Origin: Nitrososphaerota archaeon
GTDB taxonomy: Archaea > Thermoproteota > Nitrososphaeria_A > Caldarchaeales > Wolframiiraptoraceae
Assembly: GCA_021163925.1 (NCBI GenBank)
Contig: JAGGTD010000002.1
Coordinates: forward strand, 1-24,000
Length of the DNA: 24,000 nucleotides
Direction: 5' to 3'
Shown here: one piece after another, positions 1-8,117 of the stretch
Layout: the number at the start of each line of letters is the position of its first letter
How positions within the stretch are numbered: the first letter of the stretch is position 1
Notes under the pieces: generated by a model
The model's input: only the letters and a program-made list of their open reading frames with translations
Told to the model about the DNA's origin: nothing
Database searches by the model: none
Position numbers and translations under genes: made by a program

Positions 1-790
1 AGCTTCCTAACCCTAGTCCCCCTATGAACGGCCAACAGATCATCTGAATGCCAAGCATGCATCACAACGCAGACCTCGGCGAATGGGGCGTGGCCAGCGA
101 CACGGGTCGCAGCTATCAGGTTCGTCGCCGCATCACTTGACGGCCTATCCGAAGACCTTTGAGCTCCAACGAAGACTATGGGTATGGGGGGTTTTTGGAG
201 GGCGAAGCTCAGGGCTGCGGCCGAGTATCCCATCGTATCGGTTCCATGGGCTATGACAACTCCATCCACTCCGCTCTTGATCAATCGATCGACCTCCATG
301 GCCATCCTGTTCCAGAGCTCTGGGGTCATGTCCTCGCTGAAGATCGAGAACAGTATCTTCGCATCTATCTCGGCTATATCTGAGAGTTCTGGAACTATTG
401 AGAGGAGGTCTTCAGCCGTTAACGCGGGTCTAACCCCACCGGTCCTATAACTATCCTGCTCGCTATCGTTCCACCCGTGCTCATGATCGTGACCCTTGGA
501 AGACCCTCCCTGAACTTAGGCTTGGGCGGTGGAACGAATCTAGGCTTCTTCGCCGACGCGATCTTCTTAACCCTCACCTCGTCCTCAACCCTTATCCCAA
601 TGTTGTAGCCGTTTGAGAGCTTGATCACGATATAGTTTGGGTCGGCGAGCTCATATCTCGCCATGAGGATTCCCCTATAGGTCTCACCCCTGGCCTCGAC
701 CTCTACCTCATCCCCGACCTCAACCCTGCTCTCCTCAAGAAGCCTCCTAACCCTTCCAGAATATCCCTGAAGCCTATCACCTATGGCCAT
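1..790 (-). CDS. gatD: Glutamyl-tRNA(Gln) amidotransferase subunit D (GatD), N-terminal ~260 codons. The gene runs off the left edge and its frame is broken by an apparent 1-nt deletion at 450/451.
   Basis: ORF 419-790 gives the GatD N-terminal domain and ends in the asparaginase-type motif STGGTIAS. A second minus-strand frame is open from 458 down to position 3 (my manual translation): DSYRTGGVRPALTAEDLLSIVPELSDIAEIDAKILFSIFSEDMTPELW...IAHGTDTMGYSAAALSF...VGAQRSSDRPSSDAATNL. This is the continuation of the asparaginase-like domain. Confidence 0.85.
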
Positions 791-936
791 CTTCTATCAA
801 GAAAGACTCATCCCGGTATTAAGCTTAATTCTGGTTATGCAGAGCTTGCTGAACATCGCATCAAGTGAGGATGCGGATAATTTGCGTGGATCTCTTCAAA
901 CACTTTTAAGCGAGTAAATCGAACAAAATCTCACGC

Positions 937-2136
937 ATGTCTAGGTACAAGATTCCAAGAAGGATTGTGAACGTGAGCGCTGAAGCCGCCTTCGCCGTCT
1001 TGAGAATCGCGAAGAATGTTGAGAAGATGGGTAAGAGGGTTATCCACCTAGAGATAGGGGAGCCCGACTTCGACACGCCTAAACACATAAAGGAGGCGGC
1101 GGTCGAGGCCTTAAACAAAAACCTCACCCACTACACCCCAACCCTAGGGATTCCGGAGCTTAGACAGGAGATAGCTGAGAGCGTTAAGAGGGATTATGGG
1201 GTTGAGGTTGATTGGGAGAAGAATGTGGCCGTGACCACTGGATGTAAGCAGGCGATCCTCGCATCAACCCTATCGATAGTCGATGAGGGGGAGGAGGTGA
1301 TCTACCCAAATCCAGGCTATCCAGAATATGAGGCCGCCGCATATTTCGCCGGCGGCAAGCCTGTCCCATATAGGCTCAGGATTGAGGAGGGCTTTAGGAT
1401 GACCCCCGATGGATTAGCGGAGCTCATAACCCCGAAGACCAAGCTCGTCGTATTGAATACTCCAAACAATCCATGTGGAGTTGTGATGTCTGAGGAGGAT
1501 GTTAGGGGCGTGGTCGAGCTCGCCGAGGATCATGGCTTCTACATACTCTCAGACGAGATCTATCGCCCAATACTCTTCGACGGCTTAAAACATTATTCAC
1601 CACTCCACGTTAAGAAGAGCTTGGATAGGCTGATCATAGTCGACGGATTCTCTAAGAGGTATGCGATGACTGGGTGGAGGCTTGGATACGCTCTAGTCCC
1701 TGAAGAAATCTTGCCGCAGCTCTTCAAGCTCTTAAACGTCATGACCTCATGCCCAAACTCGATCTCCCAGTACGCCGCCCTAGCAGCCCTCAGAGGGCCG
1801 CAGGAGCCCACCATGAATATGGTGAAGGAGTATTGGAGGAGGAGAGAGATAGTTGTGGAGGAGCTCTTAAAGCTTGAGAAGATCAAGTTCGTGAAGCCTG
1901 AAGGAGCGTTCTATGTGATGGTGGATGTGAGCGAGATCTTGAATAAGCTCAAGACCAGCTCCGAGGAGTTCGTCAAGATGTTGATAGAGAGGTATGGGGT
2001 CGCATTCCTCCATGGAACCGCTCTAGGCTCCTATGGCGAGGGATTCATAAGGATAAGCTTCGCCACATCCGAGGAGAACATAAGGGAGGGGATTAGACTA
2101 CTCGGAAAGGCCATAGAAGAATTATCTAAGTCTTGA
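937..2136 (+). CDS. Class I/II (fold-type I) PLP aminotransferase, aspartate-aminotransferase-like
   Basis: 399-aa ORF with ATG start. Motifs: LEIGEPDFDTP, NTPNNPCG, and the PLP-lysine block DGFSKRYAMTGWRLGY. A TATA-like cacttttaag lies about 30 nt upstream. Confidence 0.9.
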   Translation: MSRYKIPRRIVNVSAEAAFAVLRIAKNVEKMGKRVIHLEIGEPDFDTPKHIKEAAVEALNKNLTHYTPTLGIPELRQEIAESVKRDYGVEVDWEKNVAVTTGCKQAILASTLSIVDEGEEVIYPNPGYPEYEAAAYFAGGKPVPYRLRIEEGFRMTPDGLAELITPKTKLVVLNTPNNPCGVVMSEEDVRGVVELAEDHGFYILSDEIYRPILFDGLKHYSPLHVKKSLDRLIIVDGFSKRYAMTGWRLGYALVPEEILPQLFKLLNVMTSCPNSISQYAALAALRGPQEPTMNMVKEYWRRREIVVEELLKLEKIKFVKPEGAFYVMVDVSEILNKLKTSSEEFVKMLIERYGVAFLHGTALGSYGEGFIRISFATSEENIREGIRLLGKAIEELSKS

Positions 2137-2815
2137 TGGCCTCGAAGAGGACGAGCCTCCAACAAATCCTCCCCAAATGATCGTAAACATAGTCTGAGTC
2201 AGGCAACGACTTAAGGTGGTTAAGCGATCTATAAAGTGTCTTCCCAAATGGATGAACTCGATAATCTAAGACCCTTGGGCTCAACCCTCTCTCCAACAAT
2301 GCTCGAAAGGTTCTACCTATACCGACTAGGGAGACGACGGGGAGGAGGAGCCTCCCACCTCTCCTTAGATGATTCGGCGCCCCATCTATAACCCTATCGA
2401 GAATGAGCCTTCCATCAACTCCTCCCCAAGTAAATCTATGTAGCTGAGTTAGGGATGGAGTCATCGGAGGATTACAGATTATCAGGTCGAATAGCTCATC
2501 TCTTACGGGGTCAAACAAGTCTCCTATCCTAAAATTTATCTCAACTCCATTAAGCTCAGCGTTTCTCCTCGCTATCCTGATAGCTCTTTCCGAAATATCG
2601 GTTGCGACGACGCTCTCCGCTCCGAGTTTTGATGCGAGTATTGCCAAGACTCCAGAACCTGTTCCAAGATCTAAAACCCTCAAACCATCTAAATCATGGA
2701 GGTTCTCGGCTATGAGCCTCGTCGCAACCGATGGCATGTAGATCTTCCGATCCTTAACAAGCTTTACCTCGATCTCCCCAACCTTGAATACCGTGATCTT
2801 CTTCTCCCCCACCAT
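2126..2815 (-). CDS. Class I SAM-dependent methyltransferase, HemK/Mtq2-like (N5-glutamine or N6-adenine type)
   Basis: 229-aa ORF. SAM motif I is VLDLGTGSGVLAI, followed by an acidic loop (ATDIS) and the NPPM variant of the (D/N)PPY motif (ICNPPMTPS). The 3' end overlaps the convergent aminotransferase by 11 nt. Confidence 0.8.
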   Translation of the reverse strand: MVGEKKITVFKVGEIEVKLVKDRKIYMPSVATRLIAENLHDLDGLRVLDLGTGSGVLAILASKLGAESVVATDISERAIRIARRNAELNGVEINFRIGDLFDPVRDELFDLIICNPPMTPSLTQLHRFTWGGVDGRLILDRVIDGAPNHLRRGGRLLLPVVSLVGIGRTFRALLERGLSPRVLDYRVHPFGKTLYRSLNHLKSLPDSDYVYDHLGRICWRLVLFEAIKT

Positions 2816-2848
2816 TCTCTAAAGAGATAAATAGCCTCGACCTATGAA

Positions 2849-3823
2849 ATGGTTATCGTGGAGCCGCCGACCCATCCAATCGAGGGCTTCTACGTCGAGC
2901 TCGGGAACATGATCATGGCCGTCAAGGGAGTTTTACAGCCTCCGAGGAGGGTGATCGCCCTCCCAACCCACATCTTACTCGATGAAGGCTTTAAGAGAAT
3001 TAGAAGCCTTGAGGAATCCTTGAATTACTTCCTCGAGAGATATCCTGAGTATTATAGTTGGTTTAGTTTCGCTGGGAGGAGGTTGCCCGCCCCGCCCTTA
3101 GACGCCGTTGATAAGGTACATAATCCTCTATCCGTTAAGCATGTTGAGCGAATCTCGCCTGAGGCTGAAGAGCTTAGGAGGATCTTGGTTGAGGAGTCTG
3201 GGGTTGATGAGAGTTTTATCGGGATAACGGGGTCGATACTCCTCGGAAAATGTTCACCGAGATCAGACATAGATCTCATAGTGTATGGAGTTGAGAACGG
3301 GAGGAGAGTCTATGAATCGATGAAGGAGCTTAGGAGAAGCGGAGATCTAAAACCCTTAGAAGATTATTATGAGCTGAGGAAGTCTAGGCTGGATTCATCC
3401 CTATCATTGAGAACCTGGATGACCGTCGAGAGATCTAAGATCTTAACTGGAATGTTCTCTGGAAAAGCATATACGGCGAAGATAGTCCCGCTGCCATCTG
3501 AGTATTGGGAGAGCCTGGATCAAGAATGCGTGGAGATAGGCTCAACGGGTTTCATAGGAGAAGTCGTAGACGATGAATATTCGATCCTAACCCCGAACAG
3601 GTATTCGGTATCCGTGGAGAGGAGGTTATTCGGCGAGGTCGAGGAGGGAGAGGTAGTCGAGGTCTTCTCGATGAGGAGCAGGTTTGCGGAGATGGCCTCA
3701 TGCGGAGACAGAGTTAAGGTCATTGGAAGGCTTGAAACCGTTAGGCTCGGCGGCAGAAAATGGAAGAGGATATTCTTGGGAAATGATGAGATGGATGTGA
3801 TAATCCCGCTCCACTACATCTAA
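2849..3823 (+). CDS. Predicted pol-beta-superfamily nucleotidyltransferase with a probable C-terminal OB-like barrel (archaeal COG1665-like), paralog 1
   Basis: 324-aa ORF. The minimal NTase signature is GITGSILLGKCSPRSDIDLIVYG (G-S ... D-x-D). The C-terminal part (GDRVKVIGRLETV) is collinear with the next gene. Confidence 0.7.
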   Translation: MVIVEPPTHPIEGFYVELGNMIMAVKGVLQPPRRVIALPTHILLDEGFKRIRSLEESLNYFLERYPEYYSWFSFAGRRLPAPPLDAVDKVHNPLSVKHVERISPEAEELRRILVEESGVDESFIGITGSILLGKCSPRSDIDLIVYGVENGRRVYESMKELRRSGDLKPLEDYYELRKSRLDSSLSLRTWMTVERSKILTGMFSGKAYTAKIVPLPSEYWESLDQECVEIGSTGFIGEVVDDEYSILTPNRYSVSVERRLFGEVEEGEVVEVFSMRSRFAEMASCGDRVKVIGRLETVRLGGRKWKRIFLGNDEMDVIIPLHYI

Positions 3824-3851
3824 ATATGGATCGAGGAATCTAATTGGTAGA

Positions 3852-4859
3852 TTGATAAGAGATCACGACTTCCTAGAGACGGAGGATTCATGGATATTCT
3901 GCGTCGTGGGAGACATCCATCCGCCGGGGAAATTCTTCTCATATCTCAAGTATGTTCCGGGGACTGGGCCGTGGAGAAGGGATGGGAAAAGCTTTTCGAG
4001 AGCATTCCCAGAATACTTGATGGACGAGTTCAAGAAGATGTTAGAGTATTTGAAGAGGGTTAAGCCCGAGTTCGTCGAATATGATCCGGTGATAGGGGCT
4101 GAGATGATCTCGGTTCCAATAGAGTTCGTCAAGAAGCATTATAACTGCTCGGCTGGGTTGCGTGAACTCTTTAAGCGCGGGCCGAGGGATAGGTTGGAGA
4201 AGCTGACGATCGCCCTCATTCAGGAGATATGCGATCACGGGGATGTCCATCAGGACGATCTCGGGATAACTGGATCGATCCTACTCCAAATACATCATGA
4301 GAGATCCGATATAGATCTGATAGTCTATGGGAGGAGGGAGTTCTGGGAGGTAATTGAGATTTTAGGCGAGCTAGGCTATCTAGGAGTAAGGTCTAGGGAA
4401 CAGGCTTTAAGAGACATGCTTAAACGCTATCCAATAACGCCGAGCGATGCCTCAAATCTAGTCAATCGAGTGAGGTATAAGGGAGTTTATCGGGGGGTGG
4501 AATTCTCAGTACATGGTGTCAGAAAGAGCGAGGAGATTACTGAGAAATACTCTGATAAGATTTACCGGAGGATTGGATTAGCTCATGCAATCCTCGAGGT
4601 AGATGATGCATCCGACTCATGCTTCAACCCAGCTATTTACAGGGTTCATGGAAGCGCTGAGATCGGCGGTAGAGAATACGATGTTGAGCAGCTAATGTGT
4701 TACGATCTCACATTCTCTGCGATGTTCGAGGAGGGGGATAGAATTGAGGCTTATGGGAAGCTTGAGTCCGTGGTTGATAGAGTTCATGGCAGGAAGTTCT
4801 ATAGCCTACTAATAGGGTCTGTTGAGGCGGCGGGGAGAGAGTATGTTAAGCTTATCTAG
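3852..4859 (+). CDS. Predicted pol-beta-superfamily nucleotidyltransferase (COG1665-like), paralog 2
   Basis: 335-aa ORF with TTG start. It has the same signature (GITGSILLQIHHERSDIDLIVYG) and the same C-terminal block (GDRIEAYGKLESV). The N-terminus (DFLETEDSWIFCVVGDIHPPGKFFSYLKYVPG) is typical of this archaeal family as I remember it. Confidence 0.7.
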   Translation: MIRDHDFLETEDSWIFCVVGDIHPPGKFFSYLKYVPGTGPWRRDGKSFSRAFPEYLMDEFKKMLEYLKRVKPEFVEYDPVIGAEMISVPIEFVKKHYNCSAGLRELFKRGPRDRLEKLTIALIQEICDHGDVHQDDLGITGSILLQIHHERSDIDLIVYGRREFWEVIEILGELGYLGVRSREQALRDMLKRYPITPSDASNLVNRVRYKGVYRGVEFSVHGVRKSEEITEKYSDKIYRRIGLAHAILEVDDASDSCFNPAIYRVHGSAEIGGREYDVEQLMCYDLTFSAMFEEGDRIEAYGKLESVVDRVHGRKFYSLLIGSVEAAGREYVKLI

Positions 4860-6433
4860 GATTCCAATACCTCCCTAACACTTCTCCTAATCCTCGACTG
4901 GATCCATGGCGGAGTCCATGGGACGAATATCCTCATAAACCTCTGATCCAACGCATCTCTGACCACATTCCTCTCCCCAACCTCAAGATATCCTCGAACG
5001 ACATTTCTAGAGAATCTTTCCGCCTCTTCCGGATTTAAGTAATGGCCTGTATAGAATAGCAGCTCACATAGATCCCAGGGCTTTGAGCCCTCGAAGGAAC
5101 ATTGTTCAAGATCCACTAAGTATGCTTCATCTCCTGCGAAGATGAACGTGAATGGATTACAGTCTCCTATGCAGATCCCCTTCTCGTGAACCATCGCTAG
5201 GGTCTTCCCCATCCTATATGAGATCGCATCGAATATCCTCGGCTCACCAGCATTCTTCAAAGCTTTCAACCCATTCACACCGTCTATGTATCTCTGGAAG
5301 ATCATCTTCTTAGGCCAATTTATATGGAGTATCTCGGCGGTGTTGAATCCAAGCTCTGATAGCTTGTTTATGAAGTAGATCTCATTACTCATCCTAGATG
5401 AGGCCAAGACCGAGAAGTTCTTCACACCTATGGCCCAGAGCCATGCCGCCACCCACTTGAAGTCGGTCCAGTTGAGATATTTCTTGATGAAGATCCTCTC
5501 CTCCCGTCCATCGACCCTAAATGATGCGAAGTAGGTTGAGTTGAAGACTCCTCCAACCTTCCTCAACTTGACATCCACAGGTCTAACCCCATAAGCCTCG
5601 TGAATGAAGTCCCTTATCCCCTTACTCGTCGCTAGGGATTGAGGTCCGATCGAGGTCTCCATGTAGAGCATCTTGCTAGGATCTGGAACCCTCATGGGGA
5701 TTAAGATGTCGAGATCGAGGCTTATGCTCTTGATGGCGTTTAGTGGTGATGAGAAGCTGGCCGTCAGATAGAGTTTAAGGAGGCGTTCAAGCTCGTCTGA
5801 GAATCTATCATAGATGGTCTTCCTAGACAAGACCTCATTGACGAATCTATCTGTTGGAGAATATCCTCCATGTCTCTCTTCAAGGATCCCCTGATCGACC
5901 AGCTCCTTTATCGCCCCCAGGAATCCCTCTAAAACCCTGCTGACATCATCCCTCGATCCTCTAAACATCTCCCTGACAAATCTCCTAGAGGGTGGATAGA
6001 TGGCAGTGAGCCTTCTAAGCTTGTCATAGAGGAAGTATTCAGGCTTGATTATCAGCCTGGTCGAGGCCAGCTTATGCTCTAAAATGAGGTTTTGAAGGGA
6101 TTCAACTATGACGAGCCTCTTATATCTCCTCTCAAGATCCTTTAAGAGCCTCTCATTGATTATGGGATTGTATGGGAGTAAGAAGCTGTGCGCTATGATC
6201 CCCCCGAACTCCTCATTTGAAGCGTCTCTTGAGGCGCTCTCCTCATCAGCCAATATCAAGAGGCTTAACCCCCTCTTCACGAACCTAAACTGCCTCACAA
6301 TATCCGTTATTACTAGTATGATCGAAGGCCGCCTCTCGGCTGACGCGCGGTGGATGCTTAGAGCCTTAACAGACTCCGCGGCGATCCCAATACGCTTAAG
6401 CTCCTCCTCAACTATTTCATCGGAGAATCGCAT
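4856..6433 (-). CDS. Two-domain protein: uncharacterised ~270-aa N-terminal region plus a C-terminal atypical protein-kinase-like fold (RIO/Bud32/Kdo-kinase-like)
   Basis: 525-aa ORF with ATG start. The C-terminal half follows the kinase layout: a G-loop-like KVGGVFNSTY, a beta3 Lys in RIFIKKY, a hinge MIFQRYIDG, a catalytic-loop-like HEKGICIGDCNPFTFIF, and a metal-binding equivalent YLVDLEQ. I recognise nothing in the N-terminal half. Confidence 0.55.
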   Translation of the reverse strand: MRFSDEIVEEELKRIGIAAESVKALSIHRASAERRPSIILVITDIVRQFRFVKRGLSLLILADEESASRDASNEEFGGIIAHSFLLPYNPIINERLLKDLERRYKRLVIVESLQNLILEHKLASTRLIIKPEYFLYDKLRRLTAIYPPSRRFVREMFRGSRDDVSRVLEGFLGAIKELVDQGILEERHGGYSPTDRFVNEVLSRKTIYDRFSDELERLLKLYLTASFSSPLNAIKSISLDLDILIPMRVPDPSKMLYMETSIGPQSLATSKGIRDFIHEAYGVRPVDVKLRKVGGVFNSTYFASFRVDGREERIFIKKYLNWTDFKWVAAWLWAIGVKNFSVLASSRMSNEIYFINKLSELGFNTAEILHINWPKKMIFQRYIDGVNGLKALKNAGEPRIFDAISYRMGKTLAMVHEKGICIGDCNPFTFIFAGDEAYLVDLEQCSFEGSKPWDLCELLFYTGHYLNPEEAERFSRNVVRGYLEVGERNVVRDALDQRFMRIFVPWTPPWIQSRIRRSVREVLES

Positions 6434-6561
6434 GGCATGCTATTGATATTAAATTCCTAGAATAAATATCCAAAGCCGAAGCCTCCGAGGCTATCTTAAA
6501 TTTGGGGGGTCTGAGCGGGGGAAATCTTATTGCCTCGATAAGCTCAGAGATTTTGAGAAGG

Positions 6562-7923
6562 ATGGATCCGGGAAAGCTTACGAGATTCATAGTCTCGAAT
6601 GCGCTTAAGCTTGGGGCCACGGATGTGGTCGCCGAGGTCTATGTTGGGAGGGAGAGGAGGATAAAGTTCGCGAACAATAAGGTGGTCATATCGGAGGAGA
6701 GGGATGAGCGGACGGCCGAGATATTCGTCGCCATAAGGGAGAGGAGGGCCAGCATCTCGGTTGACAACCTATCGATCCAAAGCATTAGGGAGGCTTTGAA
6801 GCAGGCGATCCATCTAGCGAGGATGAGCGAGCCCGCCGAGACCTATGCCGAGCTCCCAAGAGGCCCATTCAAGTATGATAAGAGTTTATTGAAGGCTGGA
6901 AAGGTGTCAGGAGATCCGGAGAAGCTAATAGACCATGTTGAGGCCGCCGTAAACGCGGCTCTAGCTGAGGGAGCTGAGAGGGTCGCCGGAACCTTAACCT
7001 ATTCAAGCGGCAAGACTTGGCTTAGGACTAGCGGGAGGGCCTATGGGGTCGCGAGTGAGGCCGCGGTCGAGATCTCGGTTAGAGCACTCGCATCTGAGGA
7101 CGCTGCAGGCCACTTTGTCTCGATCGCCGCAGACGATAGGGACTTTAATCCGGAGGAAGCTGGGAGGAGAGCTGGAGATCCGGAGGAAGCTGGGAGGAGG
7201 GCTGGAGAGATAGCTCGGATGGCCTTAAACCCAGTTGAAGGCGAGCCTGGAGAATATGAGGCTCTCTTAGGGCCTATGGTCTTCGCCCACCTAGTGGAGC
7301 ATGTTGGAGATGCTTCATCAGCCTATTATGTCGACGCCGGCCTATCCTTCCTCAAGGATAAGCTTGGCCAGGAGGTCTCGTCGAAGGTCTTTAGCCTCAT
7401 AGATGATCCAACCATTCCTAGGACCTATGGCTCGGCAGCCTTTGATGATGAGGGGGTTCCGACTAGGAGGAACGTGATAATCGATGGAGGTGTTTTGAAG
7501 ACCTACCTACATAACTCGACGACCGCCAAGAAGTTTGGGGCGGAGACCACGGCCAACGCCGGACTCATAGTCCCAACCCCATTCAACCTAATAGTCGAGG
7601 GAGGTGGTAAGAGCTTCGAGAAGCTCCTCTCAAGCATAGATGACGGGATCTATGTGACGAATGACTGGTATCTCAGATACCAGAACTACAGGACTGGAGA
7701 CTTCTCAACCATTCCTAGAGACGGCCTATTCAGGATAAGGAGGGGGAGCATAGAGTCCTCGATAAAGGGGCTTAGGATAAGCGATAACATGCTTAGAATA
7801 CTGAGCGGGATAAGGGAACTTGGGAGGGAGAGGTATTGGATAAGCTGGTGGGAGGTCGAGACCCCGGTCTACGCACCGCACGCAATAGTGGAGAAGCTGA
7901 ACTTCACGAAATCAACCATCTAA
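6562..7923 (+). CDS. TldD/PmbA-family metallopeptidase-like protein
   Basis: The ORF is open from TTG 6502. ATG 6562 gives the family-typical N-terminus MDPGKLTRFIVSNALKLGATDVVAEV. The C-terminal part (GIYVTNDWYLRYQNYRTGDFSTIPRDGLFRIRRGSI...ISDN) matches the PmbA_TldD C-terminal domain pattern. It contains the 30-bp tandem duplication listed separately. Confidence 0.8.
   Translation: MDPGKLTRFIVSNALKLGATDVVAEVYVGRERRIKFANNKVVISEERDERTAEIFVAIRERRASISVDNLSIQSIREALKQAIHLARMSEPAETYAELPRGPFKYDKSLLKAGKVSGDPEKLIDHVEAAVNAALAEGAERVAGTLTYSSGKTWLRTSGRAYGVASEAAVEISVRALASEDAAGHFVSIAADDRDFNPEEAGRRAGDPEEAGRRAGEIARMALNPVEGEPGEYEALLGPMVFAHLVEHVGDASSAYYVDAGLSFLKDKLGQEVSSKVFSLIDDPTIPRTYGSAAFDDEGVPTRRNVIIDGGVLKTYLHNSTTAKKFGAETTANAGLIVPTPFNLIVEGGGKSFEKLLSSIDDGIYVTNDWYLRYQNYRTGDFSTIPRDGLFRIRRGSIESSIKGLRISDNMLRILSGIRELGRERYWISWWEVETPVYAPHAIVEKLNFTKSTI
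7149..7208. repeat. Perfectly phased 30-bp tandem duplication (2 copies, 29/30 identical) inside the TldD/PmbA CDS
   Basis: tccggaggaagctgggaggagAgctggaga (7149-7178) is followed directly by tccggaggaagctgggaggagGgctggaga (7179-7208). Together they encode PEEAGRRAGD/PEEAGRRAGE. Confidence 0.95.
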
Positions 7924-7963
7924 AAATAAAATATAAAACCAGCGGAAAACCAATAGAAAATAA

Positions 7964-8066
7964 GCCCCGGTAGCTCAGTCTGGTAGAGCACCGGCTTGGT
8001 AAGCTAAAGCTTCAAAAAGCTGGCCCTAAGAGCCGGTGGTCCCGGGTTCAAAGCCCGGCCGGGGCT
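7964..8066 (+). tRNA. tRNA-Thr (anticodon GGU at 7998-8000) with a ~29-nt intron at the canonical 37/38 position (about 8002-8030)
   Basis: Manual fold: acceptor GCCCCGG/CCGGGGC, D stem GCTC/GAGC, anticodon stem CCGGC/GCCGG flanking loop TTGGTAA, T arm CCGGG-TTCAAAG-CCCGG, discriminator T. CCA is not encoded. An AT-rich box (aaatataaaa) lies ~30 nt upstream and a T6 run at 8105-8110 downstream. Confidence 0.9.
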
Positions 8067-8117
8067 TCACCCAAAACCTTGGCCATCATCCTAAATACAT
8101 CTCATTTTTTGAGAACC

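Noticed and set aside
159-450. Plus-strand ORFs 159-383 and 178-450
   Set aside because: They lie antisense to the open gatD frame, which has clear asparaginase-domain motifs on the minus strand. Their translations are low-complexity and match no family.
857-875. 6-bp hairpin cgcatc-aagtgag-gatgcg in the gatD/aminotransferase divergent spacer
   Set aside because: It is short enough to arise by chance and nothing else supports a regulatory role.
3783-3789. ATGATGA C-box-like heptamers inside coding regions (also at 7444-7452 and 13053-13059)
   Set aside because: They lie within well-supported CDSs, with no properly spaced CUGA D box.
6502-6561. TTG 6502 as the start of TldD/PmbA
   Set aside because: The TTG overlaps the only TATA-like box (atcttaaattt), and the first 20 residues have no counterpart in the family. 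ATG 6562 gives the typical N-terminus, though the true start remains uncertain.
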